Positions 12,245 to 23,515 are shown, counted from the first letter of the stretch. The stretch is DNA of 64,000 nucleotides from an uncultured Verrucomicrobiae bacterium (GCA_963782115.1 CAWAIK010000003.1:352001-416000); one strand, 5' to 3'. The notes: generated by a model from the sequence alone, not told the origin. Numbers and translations are program-made.

Positions 12245-13249
12245 TTACGCTGTTCGTGTCGCGAGCTTGAGCGCGCGAACCAGGCAACGCTTTGCCAATT
12301 CAACCTTGAAGCCATTCTCACTTTGCGGTCGGGCGTCGCGCAAAGCGGCTTCTGCTGCCACGCGAAAGTGCTCTTCGCCGGTTGTCTTTCCGTCCAAGGC
12401 TGTCTCGGCTTCGTGGGATCGCCAAGGCTTGGTGCCCACACCACCCAAAGCGATGCGGATGCGGGTGATTTTATCTTGCTGGACAGTGGCGACGACCGCC
12501 GCTGACGCCAAGGCAAACTCATAGGAGGCTCTGTCACGTAGCTTCAGGTAGATCGACTTGTTTCCGACAGGAGGTGGCGGCAGCGTCACGAACGTGATTA
12601 ATTCTCCCGGCTCAAGCACTGTTTCACGGTGCGGCGTGTCTCCAGGCAGCAGGAAGAATTCATCAATTGGCACGCTCCGCTCGCCGTTTGTGCCCTGGAT
12701 ATGAATGGTCGCTTCCAAAGCTGTTAGCGCTACGCTCATATCCGAGGGATTGGTCGCAATACAGTGTTCGCTCGTGCCGAGAATGGCGAGCGTCCGATTG
12801 AATCCGCCGATCGCCGAACAGGCCGTACCCGGCTCCCTTTTATGACAAGGCATAGTGGTGTCGCGGAAATAGACGCATCTTGTCCGTTGCAGCAGATTTC
12901 CCCCTGTGGTTGCCATGTTGCGCAATTGCGCCGAGGCCCCGGAGAGCAACGCCTGTGAGAGGACCGAATAGTCGCCTACGACCACAGGGTGATGGGAAAG
13001 GTCGGAGTTGCGGACAACCGCGCCGATCTTAAGGCCTCCATCCGGCAGAACTTCCACTTTATTCAGTGGCAGCTTATTTATGTCGATCACCTTTTGAGGT
13101 TTTTCAACGTTGAGCTTCATCAGGTCGATCAGTGTGGTACCGCCAGCGACAAAGCGGACCTGCGCTCCCTCTTGCGCTGTCGAGTTTTTGGCCGCTCCCT
13201 GAATGGCCTGGGTGACATCGGTGGCCTGGACTAATTCAAATGGATGCAT
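12245..13249 (-). CDS. paoB: FAD-binding subunit (PaoB/YagS-like)
   Basis: [39 protein letters not shown]; Cys-rich insert. Confidence 0.92.
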   Translation of the reverse strand: MHPFELVQATDVTQAIQGAAKNSTAQEGAQVRFVAGGTTLIDLMKLNVEKPQKVIDINKLPLNKVEVLPDGGLKIGAVVRNSDLSHHPVVVGDYSVLSQALLSGASAQLRNMATTGGNLLQRTRCVYFRDTTMPCHKREPGTACSAIGGFNRTLAILGTSEHCIATNPSDMSVALTALEATIHIQGTNGERSVPIDEFFLLPGDTPHRETVLEPGELITFVTLPPPPVGNKSIYLKLRDRASYEFALASAAVVATVQQDKITRIRIALGGVGTKPWRSHEAETALDGKTTGEEHFRVAAEAALRDARPQSENGFKVELAKRCLVRALKLATRTA

Positions 13250-13919
13250 TTGTTCCTCCCAGTTTGCCTGCTTGGCGAACTTCTCGAATGGCCGCAATAA
13301 TGTTGCGATAAGCGCCGCATCTGCAGATATTTCCGCTCATCAGCTCTTGCACGTCAGCGTCTGTAGGACCACAAGGCTCGTTGAGCAGGGCCACTGCAGA
13401 CATGATCTGCCCTGAGGTGCAGTAACCGCACTGGAATCCGTCATGCTCCACGAACGCAGCCTGAACCGGATGCAGATTGCCCGGCTGACCGATGCCTTCG
13501 ATTGTGGTGATCTCTTCCCCTTGGTGCATCGCCGCAAAGGTCAGACAAGAGTTGATCCGGCGACCATTGATATGCACTGTGCAAGCGCCGCACTGACCGT
13601 GGTCGCACCCCTTCTTCGTTCCCGTAAGGTGCAAGTTCTCACGCAGACAGTCTAACAAGGTTGCCCGGGGATCAATTTGCAACCGGCGTTCTTGTCCATT
13701 CACCCGGAAAGTGACAGAAACGCCTCCAGGCACCGTAACAGGCGTCTCTGCCTCCTCTTGTTTGAGCTGGGTTTGTGCGAAGCCTAGCAAAGGAGTCGCG
13801 GCTGCAGCAGCAGCGCCAGTGGCTCCCAGCCGTGACAGGAACGTCCGACGGCTCAAGTGCCCAAAAGAGGGCGCTTCCTTTGGTTCAGTTTTTACTTCGC
13901 AGACTTTTTTTCTAGACAT
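13236..13919 (-). CDS. paoA: 2Fe-2S subunit with Tat signal (PaoA/YagT-like)
   Basis: SRRTFL twin-arginine motif; [15 protein letters not shown] and CRC motifs. Confidence 0.92.
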   Translation of the reverse strand: MSRKKVCEVKTEPKEAPSFGHLSRRTFLSRLGATGAAAAAATPLLGFAQTQLKQEEAETPVTVPGGVSVTFRVNGQERRLQIDPRATLLDCLRENLHLTGTKKGCDHGQCGACTVHINGRRINSCLTFAAMHQGEEITTIEGIGQPGNLHPVQAAFVEHDGFQCGYCTSGQIMSAVALLNEPCGPTDADVQELMSGNICRCGAYRNIIAAIREVRQAGKLGGTNASI

Positions 13920-14136
13920 GGAACTTCCTCCGTGGTTGACGCCATTGACTATTTTGCCTGGCATTTTCTGAAGCGCAGCGCCGATCAGGTAATATAGCCA
14001 AGGAATCGCGCAAAATAAGCCTAAAATTGGTTGCACGTTCCCCCGACAATTTGCTACATGGATCCGAAGTTCTTTTCAGCTCGATGCCCTCCTACCGGGA
14101 CCGAGAAATCGCATCGCTTAAAAGGAAACACGCGTT

Positions 14137-14742
14137 ATGCCTACTTCATGGAGAATTACCGGATCCTACTTTGAGGCCTGTAACTGCGAAGTAGCGTGCC
14201 CGTGTGTCTTTACAAGCCCGCCCTCAGGCGAGGAATGCACTGTTTTGATTGCCTGGCACATCGATCGAGGCAAGTTCGGAGAGATCGATCTGGATGGACT
14301 AAACGCCGTGCTTGTGGTCCATTCTCCCGGCCACATGTTGGAGGTCAAATGGAAAGTCGCCCTTTACGTGGACGAACTGGCAAACCAACGTCAGCAGGAC
14401 GCTTTGACCCAAATTTTCTCCGGCCAGGCGGGCGGCCATCTGGCGGGTCTTGCGCCGCTGATAGGCGAAGTCCTGGGGGTTAAGGCAGCGCCGATCCAAT
14501 ATCGTTCCGAAGGCAAACGACGCAGCTTGCGCCTGGGCGACTTCGCCGATGCAGAGATTGATGGATTGGCTGGCCAGGACGGTGGTGATGTGACTATCGA
14601 TAATCATCCATTCACCGCAGTGCCGGGCTTTCCAGCCGTCGTGGCAAAGTCTAAACAAATGAGATTCAGCGATTACGGCCTGAAGTGGGAGGTGTCGAAC
14701 AAGAACGGATTCTTTTCGCCATTCGCTTACCAGTCTGCCTGA
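14137..14742 (+). CDS. DUF1326 family protein
   Basis: W..GSYFEACNCEVACPC N-terminal motif. Confidence 0.88.
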   Translation: MPTSWRITGSYFEACNCEVACPCVFTSPPSGEECTVLIAWHIDRGKFGEIDLDGLNAVLVVHSPGHMLEVKWKVALYVDELANQRQQDALTQIFSGQAGGHLAGLAPLIGEVLGVKAAPIQYRSEGKRRSLRLGDFADAEIDGLAGQDGGDVTIDNHPFTAVPGFPAVVAKSKQMRFSDYGLKWEVSNKNGFFSPFAYQSA

Positions 14743-14748
14743 ACCGAC

Positions 14749-15534
14749 GTGTCCGTGAGCCCGAGCCTGGTAACAGTACTTAAGCGCGATCGCGCGATCG
14801 TCGCGTTTGGTCTGGCGGGGGTCGCGGCTCTATCGTGGGCATACCTGATCTACATGGATTGGGGAATGCGCCATATGGATGTCGGGATGGAGATGGTCAT
14901 CATGCCAGCCATGCAGCATTGGACCGCTTGGGATCTCGTCCTCGTTTTTCTGATGTGGGCGATCATGATGGTTGGCATGATGGTCCCCGCCGCCAGCCCG
15001 GTGATTCTGCTTTTTGCTGAGATAAATCGACGTCGCAACGAGCATCAAGGCACGTTCGTGCGGACTGGACAATTCCTGCTGGGTTATCTGACGGCGTGGA
15101 CGGGCTTCAGCGTAGTTGCCACGCTGACCCAGTGGGGCCTGCTTACGGCGGCTTTGGTTTCACCGATGATGGTGAGCACGAGCAAAGCATTGGGCGGGGG
15201 ATTGCTGCTCGCCGCAGGTCTCTTTCAGTTCAGCCGTCTGAAATATGCCTGTCTGGCTCATTGCCGGTCTCCAATGGGATTTTTGGCGACCGAATGGCGG
15301 GACGGCTCAGGGAGCGCATTCAGGATGGGACTGAAGCACGGCTGGCACTGTCTTGGCTGTTGTTGGGCATTGATGGCTCTCCTTTTTGCCTTTGGAGTAA
15401 TGAACTTGTTATGGGTCGCCAGTATCAGCGGTTTTGTCCTGCTGGAGAAGATCATCCCAGCGAACAAATTGGTCAGCCGTCTTAGCGGTCTTTTGTTCAT
15501 CGGCTGGGCGGCATGGATTGTTCTTGGCTCGTAA
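14749..15534 (+). CDS. DUF2182 family predicted metal-binding membrane protein
   Basis: MWAIMMVGMMVP, KYACLAHCRSP, CLGCCWALM, LLEK motifs. Confidence 0.9.
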   Translation: MSVSPSLVTVLKRDRAIVAFGLAGVAALSWAYLIYMDWGMRHMDVGMEMVIMPAMQHWTAWDLVLVFLMWAIMMVGMMVPAASPVILLFAEINRRRNEHQGTFVRTGQFLLGYLTAWTGFSVVATLTQWGLLTAALVSPMMVSTSKALGGGLLLAAGLFQFSRLKYACLAHCRSPMGFLATEWRDGSGSAFRMGLKHGWHCLGCCWALMALLFAFGVMNLLWVASISGFVLLEKIIPANKLVSRLSGLLFIGWAAWIVLGS

Positions 15535-15850
15535 ATTTACGAAGCGTCCTGCAGAGTCCGAGCTTGCCTTTAGAGAACCGACCCAACGTGGATCTGCGTA
15601 AATCAGCTCGTGAAAGGAGGTGTGGATTTTTCAGGCTCAAATGTCGGCTCCTCCGTCCACTCCCAACGCAATTCCTGTAGTGAAGCTCGCCAGTGGCGAG
15701 CAGAGATAAAGCACCGCCGCAGCGATTTCTTCCAGGCGGCCAACGCGCCCCGTGGGCCTGTTGCTGGCCATGAAGGCGCCTCTTCTCATCGGCGATCCTT
15801 CGGGCCGTCATCTCCGTGGCAGTGGGGCGCATCTCCGACTTGTTAAAATT

Positions 15851-17110
15851 CTAGTTCCAGAGATAAGCGAAAGTGTTGTTTTGGATCATAACGCCTAGGG
15901 CCAGGAGATTCCGTAGACCCGGCCTTTTCCAGAACTGGCCTGTGCGTTTGAACCGATCTTGGAACTGGCTGCATTGTGACTCTACTGCGCCAGATCCGAT
16001 CGGAGCACCACGCTCGGCCACAGCTTGGTAGTCGAGATGATCACGGTGATTGAGAAAGTATTGGATCTGACGTTCGAGTTGAGGGTCGGCACAGTCATCG
16101 TGCGCTGGATGACCTTGGAGGGATGGCTTTGGGAGTATTTGCTCGAGGCGTGTGATAACGCGTGAACTTTCGCCGTGGCGCAATTGGTGTAGCAACGGTT
16201 CGACAAAGGCGCGTGCTGCCTCAGCATCATGGGGGTAGAGGTAATGGGCCAGCTCCCATAGACGCTGGCTGGCGTGATAAAAGTCCAGCGTGCCGCTAAA
16301 ACGATCTTCGATCAAGGACCACAGCCAGAGGGCTCCATCGACGACGACGAAGACTTCTTGCGCCCGAGCCATACCGCACCAGAGCGCTTGCTGTTGCACG
16401 GCAGCTCCGAACTCCAGCACCCCGGTGCCAGGTGGACAAGCGACGACTTTCTTTTGCGTCAACGCTCCCCGGCCCGAGGCTGTCTGTGCCCGATGATCAA
16501 GCCGGTAAATAACCCCGGATTTGACTTCATGCCATTCGACGCGTTGGGCATCTTGGCAATCCGGTGGTGCGGCCCATTGCGGCCCACGTTCACGCACCAT
16601 CCAACCATCGAGCATGATCACAAGCGAAAAGGGTGCTTCGTTCTTGGTTGATCTTGCAGGCTCGGGTCGGTCGCAGGCGGATTGCTCTGCCTGTAAACCG
16701 ACGCTCTGCACCTGACTATGGACCAAGTCATCGCTGATCGTAGTGCCCCAGCAGCCAGCCAACAGCGCGGCTTTCTGATAGGAACCGGTTTGGGTCGCGG
16801 TGTAACAGAGCTTCTGCTGTAGTTGCGGGCTGACACGCTTATAAGGACTCAACCCCCACTGTTCGCGTGCCGGAGAAAGCCACCGCTGCAGGACGCTCGA
16901 AAAACCATAGGCAGCTCGCACCTTCACTGTGCCAACGCAGGTCATCAGTGAGAACTCACGCATGCGCACATATTTCAATACCAGGCCGCTTTGTGGACAG
17001 AGCGCCCCGATTTGATCGGCCTGCGCTTGGAGCCGCTCCTCCAACCGCTGAGGGGTCCACTCGTGGCCTTCAGCTAGGGTTTGAGCTTCAATTTCCAGTA
17101 GGACCTTCAT
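15851..17110 (-). CDS. ISKra4/UPF0236-like transposase
   Basis: IMLDG, WHEVK, DGALWLW, LDFYHA and IGSGAVES motifs. Confidence 0.88.
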   Translation of the reverse strand: MKVLLEIEAQTLAEGHEWTPQRLEERLQAQADQIGALCPQSGLVLKYVRMREFSLMTCVGTVKVRAAYGFSSVLQRWLSPAREQWGLSPYKRVSPQLQQKLCYTATQTGSYQKAALLAGCWGTTISDDLVHSQVQSVGLQAEQSACDRPEPARSTKNEAPFSLVIMLDGWMVRERGPQWAAPPDCQDAQRVEWHEVKSGVIYRLDHRAQTASGRGALTQKKVVACPPGTGVLEFGAAVQQQALWCGMARAQEVFVVVDGALWLWSLIEDRFSGTLDFYHASQRLWELAHYLYPHDAEAARAFVEPLLHQLRHGESSRVITRLEQILPKPSLQGHPAHDDCADPQLERQIQYFLNHRDHLDYQAVAERGAPIGSGAVESQCSQFQDRFKRTGQFWKRPGLRNLLALGVMIQNNTFAYLWN

Positions 17111-17931
17111 CTAGAGCCGGTAGAGATAAACTGCTTTGGGCGGCACGCTCAGAGTCCGGTCGCGGTCGTAGCGGCTGCGACCACGCGCTTGGCCAACACA
17201 ACGCCAGTTGGCGGCCTGATAACAGGTACCGCGAAAACGTCCCAGCTCCACAAAGCTCTCCAGCCAATCCAAGCCATGTCCGTATTTTTGTTGCCAGTCC
17301 CCACTGATTCGTCGCGCTACCAAAGCCAGCAGATGACTGGCTAGATGCGGTACCCGCACATGTGGCAAAATCAAAAACCGGCTGTTGTTGGCTATCCGCT
17401 GAAGTCCAACCAGATGCTCTGATTCGCTCCAGTTCAAGTACCGATCGCGCGCTGCGCAGCGCCAAGCCGCAGCCCCAAACAGGAGCACAGCTAAATCCCG
17501 CCCTGAGCTATCTCGGGCCAGATACCCGATGTTTTGCCCCACTACGTGCCATCCCAAATAGTGGTAACGATCTAAATAAAATGCTACTCGCCGCACCCCT
17601 TCGCTGCTGACTTCCACCCAATCGAGCTCGACAGGCCGTAGTCGCTTCAACTCCGCGCAGAGTGGCTCCACCCAAGCGTTTGCGCTCCACTCCTTTTGTA
17701 TTCTCGCACCGGTGGCAGTTCGATCAGTCCGCGCTCGGCTAGCTTGCACAGAAAACTGCGTGCCGCAAAATCCTTCAGCCGCCCCACGCCGTTGCGCCAA
17801 TCCCACAATACGCACAGCTCCCGCGCCAAGCGCTTCCGACTCCAATCCCCATGCGTTACTATCCATCCACGCAACCATTCTAGTTCTTCGGGTGATATCC
17901 TTCGTCCCTGACAGATCATCGGCCGCAACAT
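17111..17931 (-). pseudogene. DUF4338 (DruA-like domain) protein, frameshifted near 17670-17700
   Basis: SRKRLARELC..WDW in one frame; YHYLG, NNSRFLILP, LASHLL and GTCYQAANW in another. Confidence 0.85.
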
Positions 17932-18545
17932 GCAGCTCTTTCTTCCATAAAAAAAGAGAAGTAGGCCAGCAAAAAGTTTAACAAACCGGAGATGCGCCCG
18001 TGGCAGTGAGCGCGGGAGAAACCGCGTTGACACGAAGGCCCTCTTTTGCCAGCGCCAGCGTCAGGGACTTAGTAGTCAGACCGATGATGGCGAATTTGCT
18101 CGCATTGTAGATGGCCGATGGAAGTGTGGGCCGGATTCCCAATACAGACGCGTTGTGTGCTGCCGAAGCTTCGAAAATATGGAACCGTATTCGCGACCGA
18201 AAGACAGCCGATTGAGCGAGAGGGGAGCTTAAATCCGGACAAGCCCGCTGGTCCGGATGTGCGATTCGACTTGCGAACGGGACGGGTCGAGGGGTTGAAT
18301 TTGATCAATCGCCGTGGAATTGGCCATTGAAGAGGTTTGCCGGTCGCCGGGAACAGGATATATGAAAGAGACTATCATCACGCACCGGGTTCGCGCTTGG
18401 CAATAGTCCGAGCCGGAAGGAAACACCCCTTTTCTAATGTCCGGCTGCTCATGGCCACGGAATCGCCGAAAGTAAGTCTCGGTGCAGTAGAGGAACAAAG
18501 TCCCGCCCAGTCCAATCTGTCTAACATCAGCGAGACCAGCTGCCA

Positions 18546-18568
18546 CCTAATGCACCGTCTCGCATATA
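18546..18568 (+). repeat. IS630-like terminal inverted repeat, left copy
   Basis: CCTAATGCACCGTCTCGCATATA; 22/23 inverted match to 22205-22227. Confidence 0.6.
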
Positions 18569-18859
18569 GCCGATGAAAACCTTAGGTGGCGAAATCGGCA
18601 TTTTGCGACTCCGATCTTTTCCCGCCGCGAATGAGGCTCTTATAAGATACTATCAAAAACCTAAGCTGCCATCGTCGAAAGGCTGCCGGATCGGATGAAC
18701 GATCTGTGTAATGCGTCGGTTCATTTTGCACGGATGCATGCCCGACCAACTGCCGGGAGAGCCTTCGCGCAGAATCGGACGCGCCGACTATCAATTCGGC
18801 TTTCGGTTCTCTTCTACAGGTTCCTAGACTAGTACGTGCTTGGGCTTTCGACAGATCTT

Positions 18860-19960
18860 CTATGGCCGCGCCTCCAGGATCATGTTGAACGGCGTTTCCG
18901 CGGCGCGGCGAAACCGGGTAAATCCGCCCTGCGAGAGAACCTCCCTTAAGCGCCGCTCACCCGCTTGCGCTCCAAGAGCAAGGCCGACCTCCTGACTGAG
19001 CGAAGCAGGAGTACAGATCATTGTCGAGAATCCGTAATACACTCTGCCAACTGGATTCATGTTCTCAGCCAGGGAATCTCCTGCCATGGGCTCCACGATC
19101 ATGAATGTGCCGTCAGGTTGAAGGGATTCTTTGATATGTGACGCAGCTCCAACCGGGTCGCCCATGTCGTGCAGGGCATCGAATATGGTCACAAATCCAT
19201 GGTCGCGACCTGGAAATTCTTTGGCCGAAGCGACGCTGAAATGGACGTTCGTGACTTGCTGTTCCTCAGCGTGACGATTCGCTGCCTCGATGGAAGCCGG
19301 GTGCAGATCAAATCCATGGAATTCAGATTGAGGGAACTTCTTCGCCATGATGAGGGTGGATAAGCCATGACCACATCCGATGTCCGCGACCTTGGTCCCG
19401 GCGTTCAACTTTTGCTGGACGCCGTCAAGCGCGGGAATCCAATTCTCGTTTATATTGGCTTGATAACCGGGACGAAAAAACCGCTCTGTCCCACAAAAAA
19501 GGCAGGGGTGATGCTTTCCCCACGGCAAACCCGCTCCAGTTCGAAAACTTTCGGCGATAAGCGGCTCATCGTGGTAGATGGACGAGATGCCGTAGAACCC
19601 TCCCGTCATCGCCGCCGGACTATCTGGATCTGCAAACACTGCCGTCTGTTCGGCTGTGAGAAAAAAAGTCCCGCTTGCCGCGTCATAGGTAACGTATCCA
19701 GAAGCGGCTTGGGCACTGAGCCATTCGCGCAGATGCCGCTCATTGAGGTTGGTCTTTTCGGCGAGTTCCTGCGATGTTGTCCGGCCAGTATCCGCAAGCG
19801 CTGTGTAAATTCCCAGCCGGTCGCCAAGGACAACGAGCGCTCCGTTTACGGCTGCCCCAAGATCGTTGACCATCTGCCCGAGAAGCTTATTAAGGGCGTC
19901 AGGGTTCAATGAAGGTCTGCCGGCGCCATGCGACATTTCAGTTCCATCTGTAGTTTCCAT
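18860..19960 (-). CDS. Class I SAM-dependent methyltransferase with N-terminal wHTH (Rv2258c-like)
   Basis: VADIGCGHG, DALHDMGDP, LGAQAG motifs. Confidence 0.92.
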   Translation of the reverse strand: METTDGTEMSHGAGRPSLNPDALNKLLGQMVNDLGAAVNGALVVLGDRLGIYTALADTGRTTSQELAEKTNLNERHLREWLSAQAASGYVTYDAASGTFFLTAEQTAVFADPDSPAAMTGGFYGISSIYHDEPLIAESFRTGAGLPWGKHHPCLFCGTERFFRPGYQANINENWIPALDGVQQKLNAGTKVADIGCGHGLSTLIMAKKFPQSEFHGFDLHPASIEAANRHAEEQQVTNVHFSVASAKEFPGRDHGFVTIFDALHDMGDPVGAASHIKESLQPDGTFMIVEPMAGDSLAENMNPVGRVYYGFSTMICTPASLSQEVGLALGAQAGERRLREVLSQGGFTRFRRAAETPFNMILEARP

Positions 19961-20484
19961 AACTGTTTTTCTTTGTCGAGATTGTAGAGGTATACCCGCT
20001 GCCGGCGTTCCAGGAACGCTGCGAACGGAGACTGTCTAAAGGTGCAAGCGAACGCAAGTAAACCCTACGACTGGAGTCGAACTGACCTACAGGCTGAATG
20101 TTGTCGCCCAGACTTTCGCTGAGGCTATTGGTACCTTTCCTCGTGGCGAAGAGAAAAGACGATTACCCCGCTCCTAAAGGGCTCGACCGTGACAGGAATG
20201 CCTGCGCTTTGCAATGTTTTTCTGAATCGGCCGTCTTGCATAGCGCTATACTCTTTTCGACGAGATGCGATTGCTTTTGCGTAGACAGCAAGCTTGGCCC
20301 TGACGGGTTGTCTTCTGACTTCGTCGGAGATGGACTCGTCTTCAAAGCTTCAGGCACGGAGAGGCACCAGAGGAGGAAAGAGTGTTTAGGACATTCGTGC
20401 TTGCCGCCGACAAGGTCGAGCTTATTCGAAGACCTGGGACCCGTCTGTACGGGCAATGGCATTCCGTCTAGCGAATCTCAGCGG

Positions 20485-20889
20485 TCAAATGTCGGCGTAA
20501 TCCTCTTCGCGGGGGACCTGAATCTCAAAGCCTTCTTCGGCCAGTCCACTTTGAAACTCGATCACCATCTCGTTCATTTTGTGAAGGAGCGCGGAAACGC
20601 TCGAAGCGAAAATTAGGTAGCCACTGAATTCGGCGGCGGCGATCAAACCGCAGTAACCGCAGAAACCCGGCTCGGGGCACAGCACCCGAGGTGTTCGTTT
20701 TGAATGCACAAGGCCGATTGCCTCGGGCGCCAGGAACCGCGCCTTCGCCTCGATATCTTCGACAAACCCGGCGTCGGGCGCGTACTTGGTCATGGTCTCA
20801 TCCAGTTTATCCAGTTCGACTTGGATCGTGATCACCTTTGCTTCAGAAATCATCTGGTAATTTACTTCTCGAATACATTTTCGCCTCAT
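20485..20889 (-). CDS. Hypothetical protein
   Basis: 134-aa ATG-initiated ORF with C-x5-CxxC; no family recognised. Confidence 0.4.
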   Translation of the reverse strand: MRRKCIREVNYQMISEAKVITIQVELDKLDETMTKYAPDAGFVEDIEAKARFLAPEAIGLVHSKRTPRVLCPEPGFCGYCGLIAAAEFSGYLIFASSVSALLHKMNEMVIEFQSGLAEEGFEIQVPREEDYADI

Positions 20890-21014
20890 TTACAAAATGA
20901 AACCTGGACAGGGGTTGCGCCATTCTCGACCGTGCTCGACGAGAAATGGCAGAGTGATTTTGGTAGAGAGCTGTACTTTAAGTGTTTAAGCCGCTCTTCA
21001 GCCACGTCATCTTT

Positions 21015-21057
<43 letters not shown>

Positions 21058-22055
21058 GTTCGAGTCCCAGAGCTGGTCGACGGGCGACTGGGTACCTCAA
21101 AAAACGCGGCATACAATCGCGTTTCCGTCAGGGAATAGCACCTTTTTGCTGACTGACCGGCGGGAGATTGGTCAAGCCGAGCGTCAGGTCGTAGACCGAA
21201 GCGATCCGAGAGTCTCCTGATCCGGAGCAAATTATTTTTTTTGGGAAGCGCGAACTCTTGGGTAATAGCCAATCGTCGACAACCCAAGCGAGGAAGCCAC
21301 TAAGGACGAAACAGGTGGGATGGCTCGAATCCCTATCAACGGAACCAAAGTCTCTCTATGGACAACCAATTACATGATCAAGGAAGCGCGTTATTTTGGA
21401 GAGTAAGGCCGTGTACGCGTGCGACCTGTCGGTCGTGGTGACGCCAGCGGTACGCACTAAACGGCGGAAACTCGGCAGGACCCAAGGCATATACTATCCC
21501 CCTACTGAACCTCGAAGAACGCACTTCCCGCCTCAATGTCGTGAATGAGGATCATAACTTTGTAGATTGATTGCGAAGTAAGAGCCTCGGTCCGGAGATC
21601 GTAGATGTATTCGCAATCCTTTATGTGGAAATTTGCGCGCAGCAACACAGTCGGATCTTTCAGCAAGCTGAGTGAGAGTTTGGCATGAGGGGAAATCACA
21701 GGTCGCCTTTGACTTGGCCTTTCCGGTCGCTAGTTGCGGATTCACCGACCTTGGGAACAGGAAGTAAGCGGTACGTGGGTAACCATGAGCAATCCTGCGA
21801 CCCAACCGTTGCCTCAAGGAAGCTTGGCGATCCGGCACAATAGCCGGGATCAAATACAGATCTGCAAAGCATTCTGCCAAGGATCTGAACCTTCTAGTGT
21901 TTCCAGATCGACTACCTTGGCTGATGCCATACCTCAACATTGGTGGTTGTTTTAGCGCTAGTGTAGGTGATGCCTTCGATCTGCCATCTAACGCGCAATC
22001 GAGCCAGCTAATCCAGTTTACGGTGCAGACCATCCGATATTAGCTATTGCTCGTC

Positions 22056-22135
22056 GGTTACGTCCCGCACCAGTTTTTCATAGCCGCCGCGAAAACAGGA
22101 GTGGCACAATCGCAAAACTGGTGCGGGACGCGCCC
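22056..22135. repeat. 80-bp MITE-like inverted-repeat element
   Basis: Perfect 17-bp arms CGTCCCGCACCAGTTTT (22061-22077) and AAAACTGGTGCGGGACG (22114-22130). Confidence 0.65.
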
Positions 22136-22204
22136 TCCTAATAGCGCTAGTCCGGCTCGGGCCGCCTTACCGACGGCCCATTTTGAACGCAACGCCATCA
22201 CCAT

Positions 22205-22227
22205 TATATGCGAGACGGTGCACTAGG
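22205..22227 (+). repeat. IS630-like terminal inverted repeat, right copy
   Basis: TATATGCGAGACGGTGCACTAGG; reads ...ICETVH* like an IS630 transposase end. Confidence 0.6.
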
Positions 22228-22591
22228 GGCTGATCGCCACGGAAGCGCCCCCAACCCGGCTCTGCTGGACCCCGGCCAAGTGGCGTAGGCCGAACCTCTC
22301 ATCCGGCAACCTGGAGTACGCGCTCCAGCAAAATTATTCGCGGGGGATGCGCCAGTTTCGATCGACTTCGCAATGAATGACCATTCGAGAAATGGGGTCG
22401 AGCTGCCTTAATGCAAACAACATCCGCGGTGGACCTTCATGGACAAGCAGGGACGCTTGCCCTTGACGTGCAACAGGTTCGATACGGTCCACGTTCCGAC
22501 GCTGATCGGTAATTGGGGGAACCATTACAGGACCGGACCAGGAAGCAGCCTGTCTGCCTCCACGTTACCGTCCATAGAAGTCGAGAACGAG

Positions 22592-22941
22592 GACGATTAC
22601 GATTTCAGAACAAGAGGACGAGTGGGGATTAATGAGCGTTTCGTTCGTTGCTGATCGCGATTTAGACAACGCAGGCCCACGTGCCTCCGATGGCCTTAAA
22701 GACAGTGACTCTTTGTGATCTTTGCGATCTTCTGTTCAAAAATGACTTTTGCTTTTTTTCCTGTCTTAGTGCCGGGGGAACGAAGAAAATCATTTGCACA
22801 GAAGATCACAAAGGTCACGAAGACAGTCCTTTCGATAGAAACGGCCTACGCCTGGACCACATCTAGATAGATCAGCGCAGCGAACCGGAGTTCGAGTTCC
22901 AAGTTCTCCTTCCTCGCACTCGTTCTGAAAACGTAATTGTC
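22592..22941. repeat. Nested inverted repeats (REP-like)
   Basis: Outer arms 22592-22611 and 22922-22941 (18/20); inner arms 22711-22740 and 22793-22822 (26/30). Confidence 0.7.
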
Positions 22942-23515
22942 TCCCCATCGACACCGGGAGCATCTTGCTGGCATTGAGGAGCTTGTAAGAATTCGATTTT
23001 TGACGATTTTGCGCGCGAGACAGTGTCGATGTCGCACCCAAAAAAGCCCTGGCTTTCTAGGGTACTCGAACTCGTCCTTAGTCCTTCCGGATACATCGCG
23101 CTAAACACATACCGGAGGCAGCCGCCGCGACCAGTGCTACGTCTACGGCTGATGATGCTGCGGCTACCGATACCACAACCACTACGAGCCTCGCGCCGGT
23201 CGACGTAGCGATTAACGCGGTGATTGTCAGCGCTGCGCAATCGCCCTGGGATGCAATCAGGAAGGCTCCCGGGGTTCGAAATGTAATTGTGACCGGCGGT
23301 ATAATCGCCTTGGGAAAGACTCCAATCGAAGGCGAGATACCAGGAGGCGGACCCCATCCCGTCTGGCTTAGGCTAATCCCCGATCTCCGGCTCCTGAATG
23401 GGTCGACGATCCCTCCTGTCGTGCCAAACGTGATCGATATCCGGATCATGAGTTGTCCGATAAAAATTGTAGATCGGCCTGAGGAGCATTAAATGTCAAG
23501 ATTAAGAAACCCGTT

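Larger units (their letters stand above)
15825..17999 (-). mobile_element. ISKra4-family-like IS, 2175 bp, with DUF4338 passenger gene
   Basis: Inverted repeats GGGCGCATCTCCG(AC/GT)TTGTTAAA; GTGGCAGTG duplicated at 15816-15824 and 18000-18008. Confidence 0.9.
15637..18073 (-). pseudogene. SDR C-terminal remnant split by the ISKra4-like element
   Basis: Removing the IS restores TKSLTLALAKEGLRVNAVSPALTATEMT, then after a frameshift [18 protein letters not shown]...VDGG. Confidence 0.8.

Noticed and set aside
17111..17931. Druantia anti-phage system (DruA-like domain)
   Set aside because: The gene lies inside IS ends and is frameshifted; no DruE-type helicase or other dru genes are present
21300..23500. 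Short ORFs such as 21533-22033, 22872-23357, 23078-23449 and 23220-23492
   Set aside because: No recognisable motifs, mutually overlapping, within a repeat-rich decayed zone
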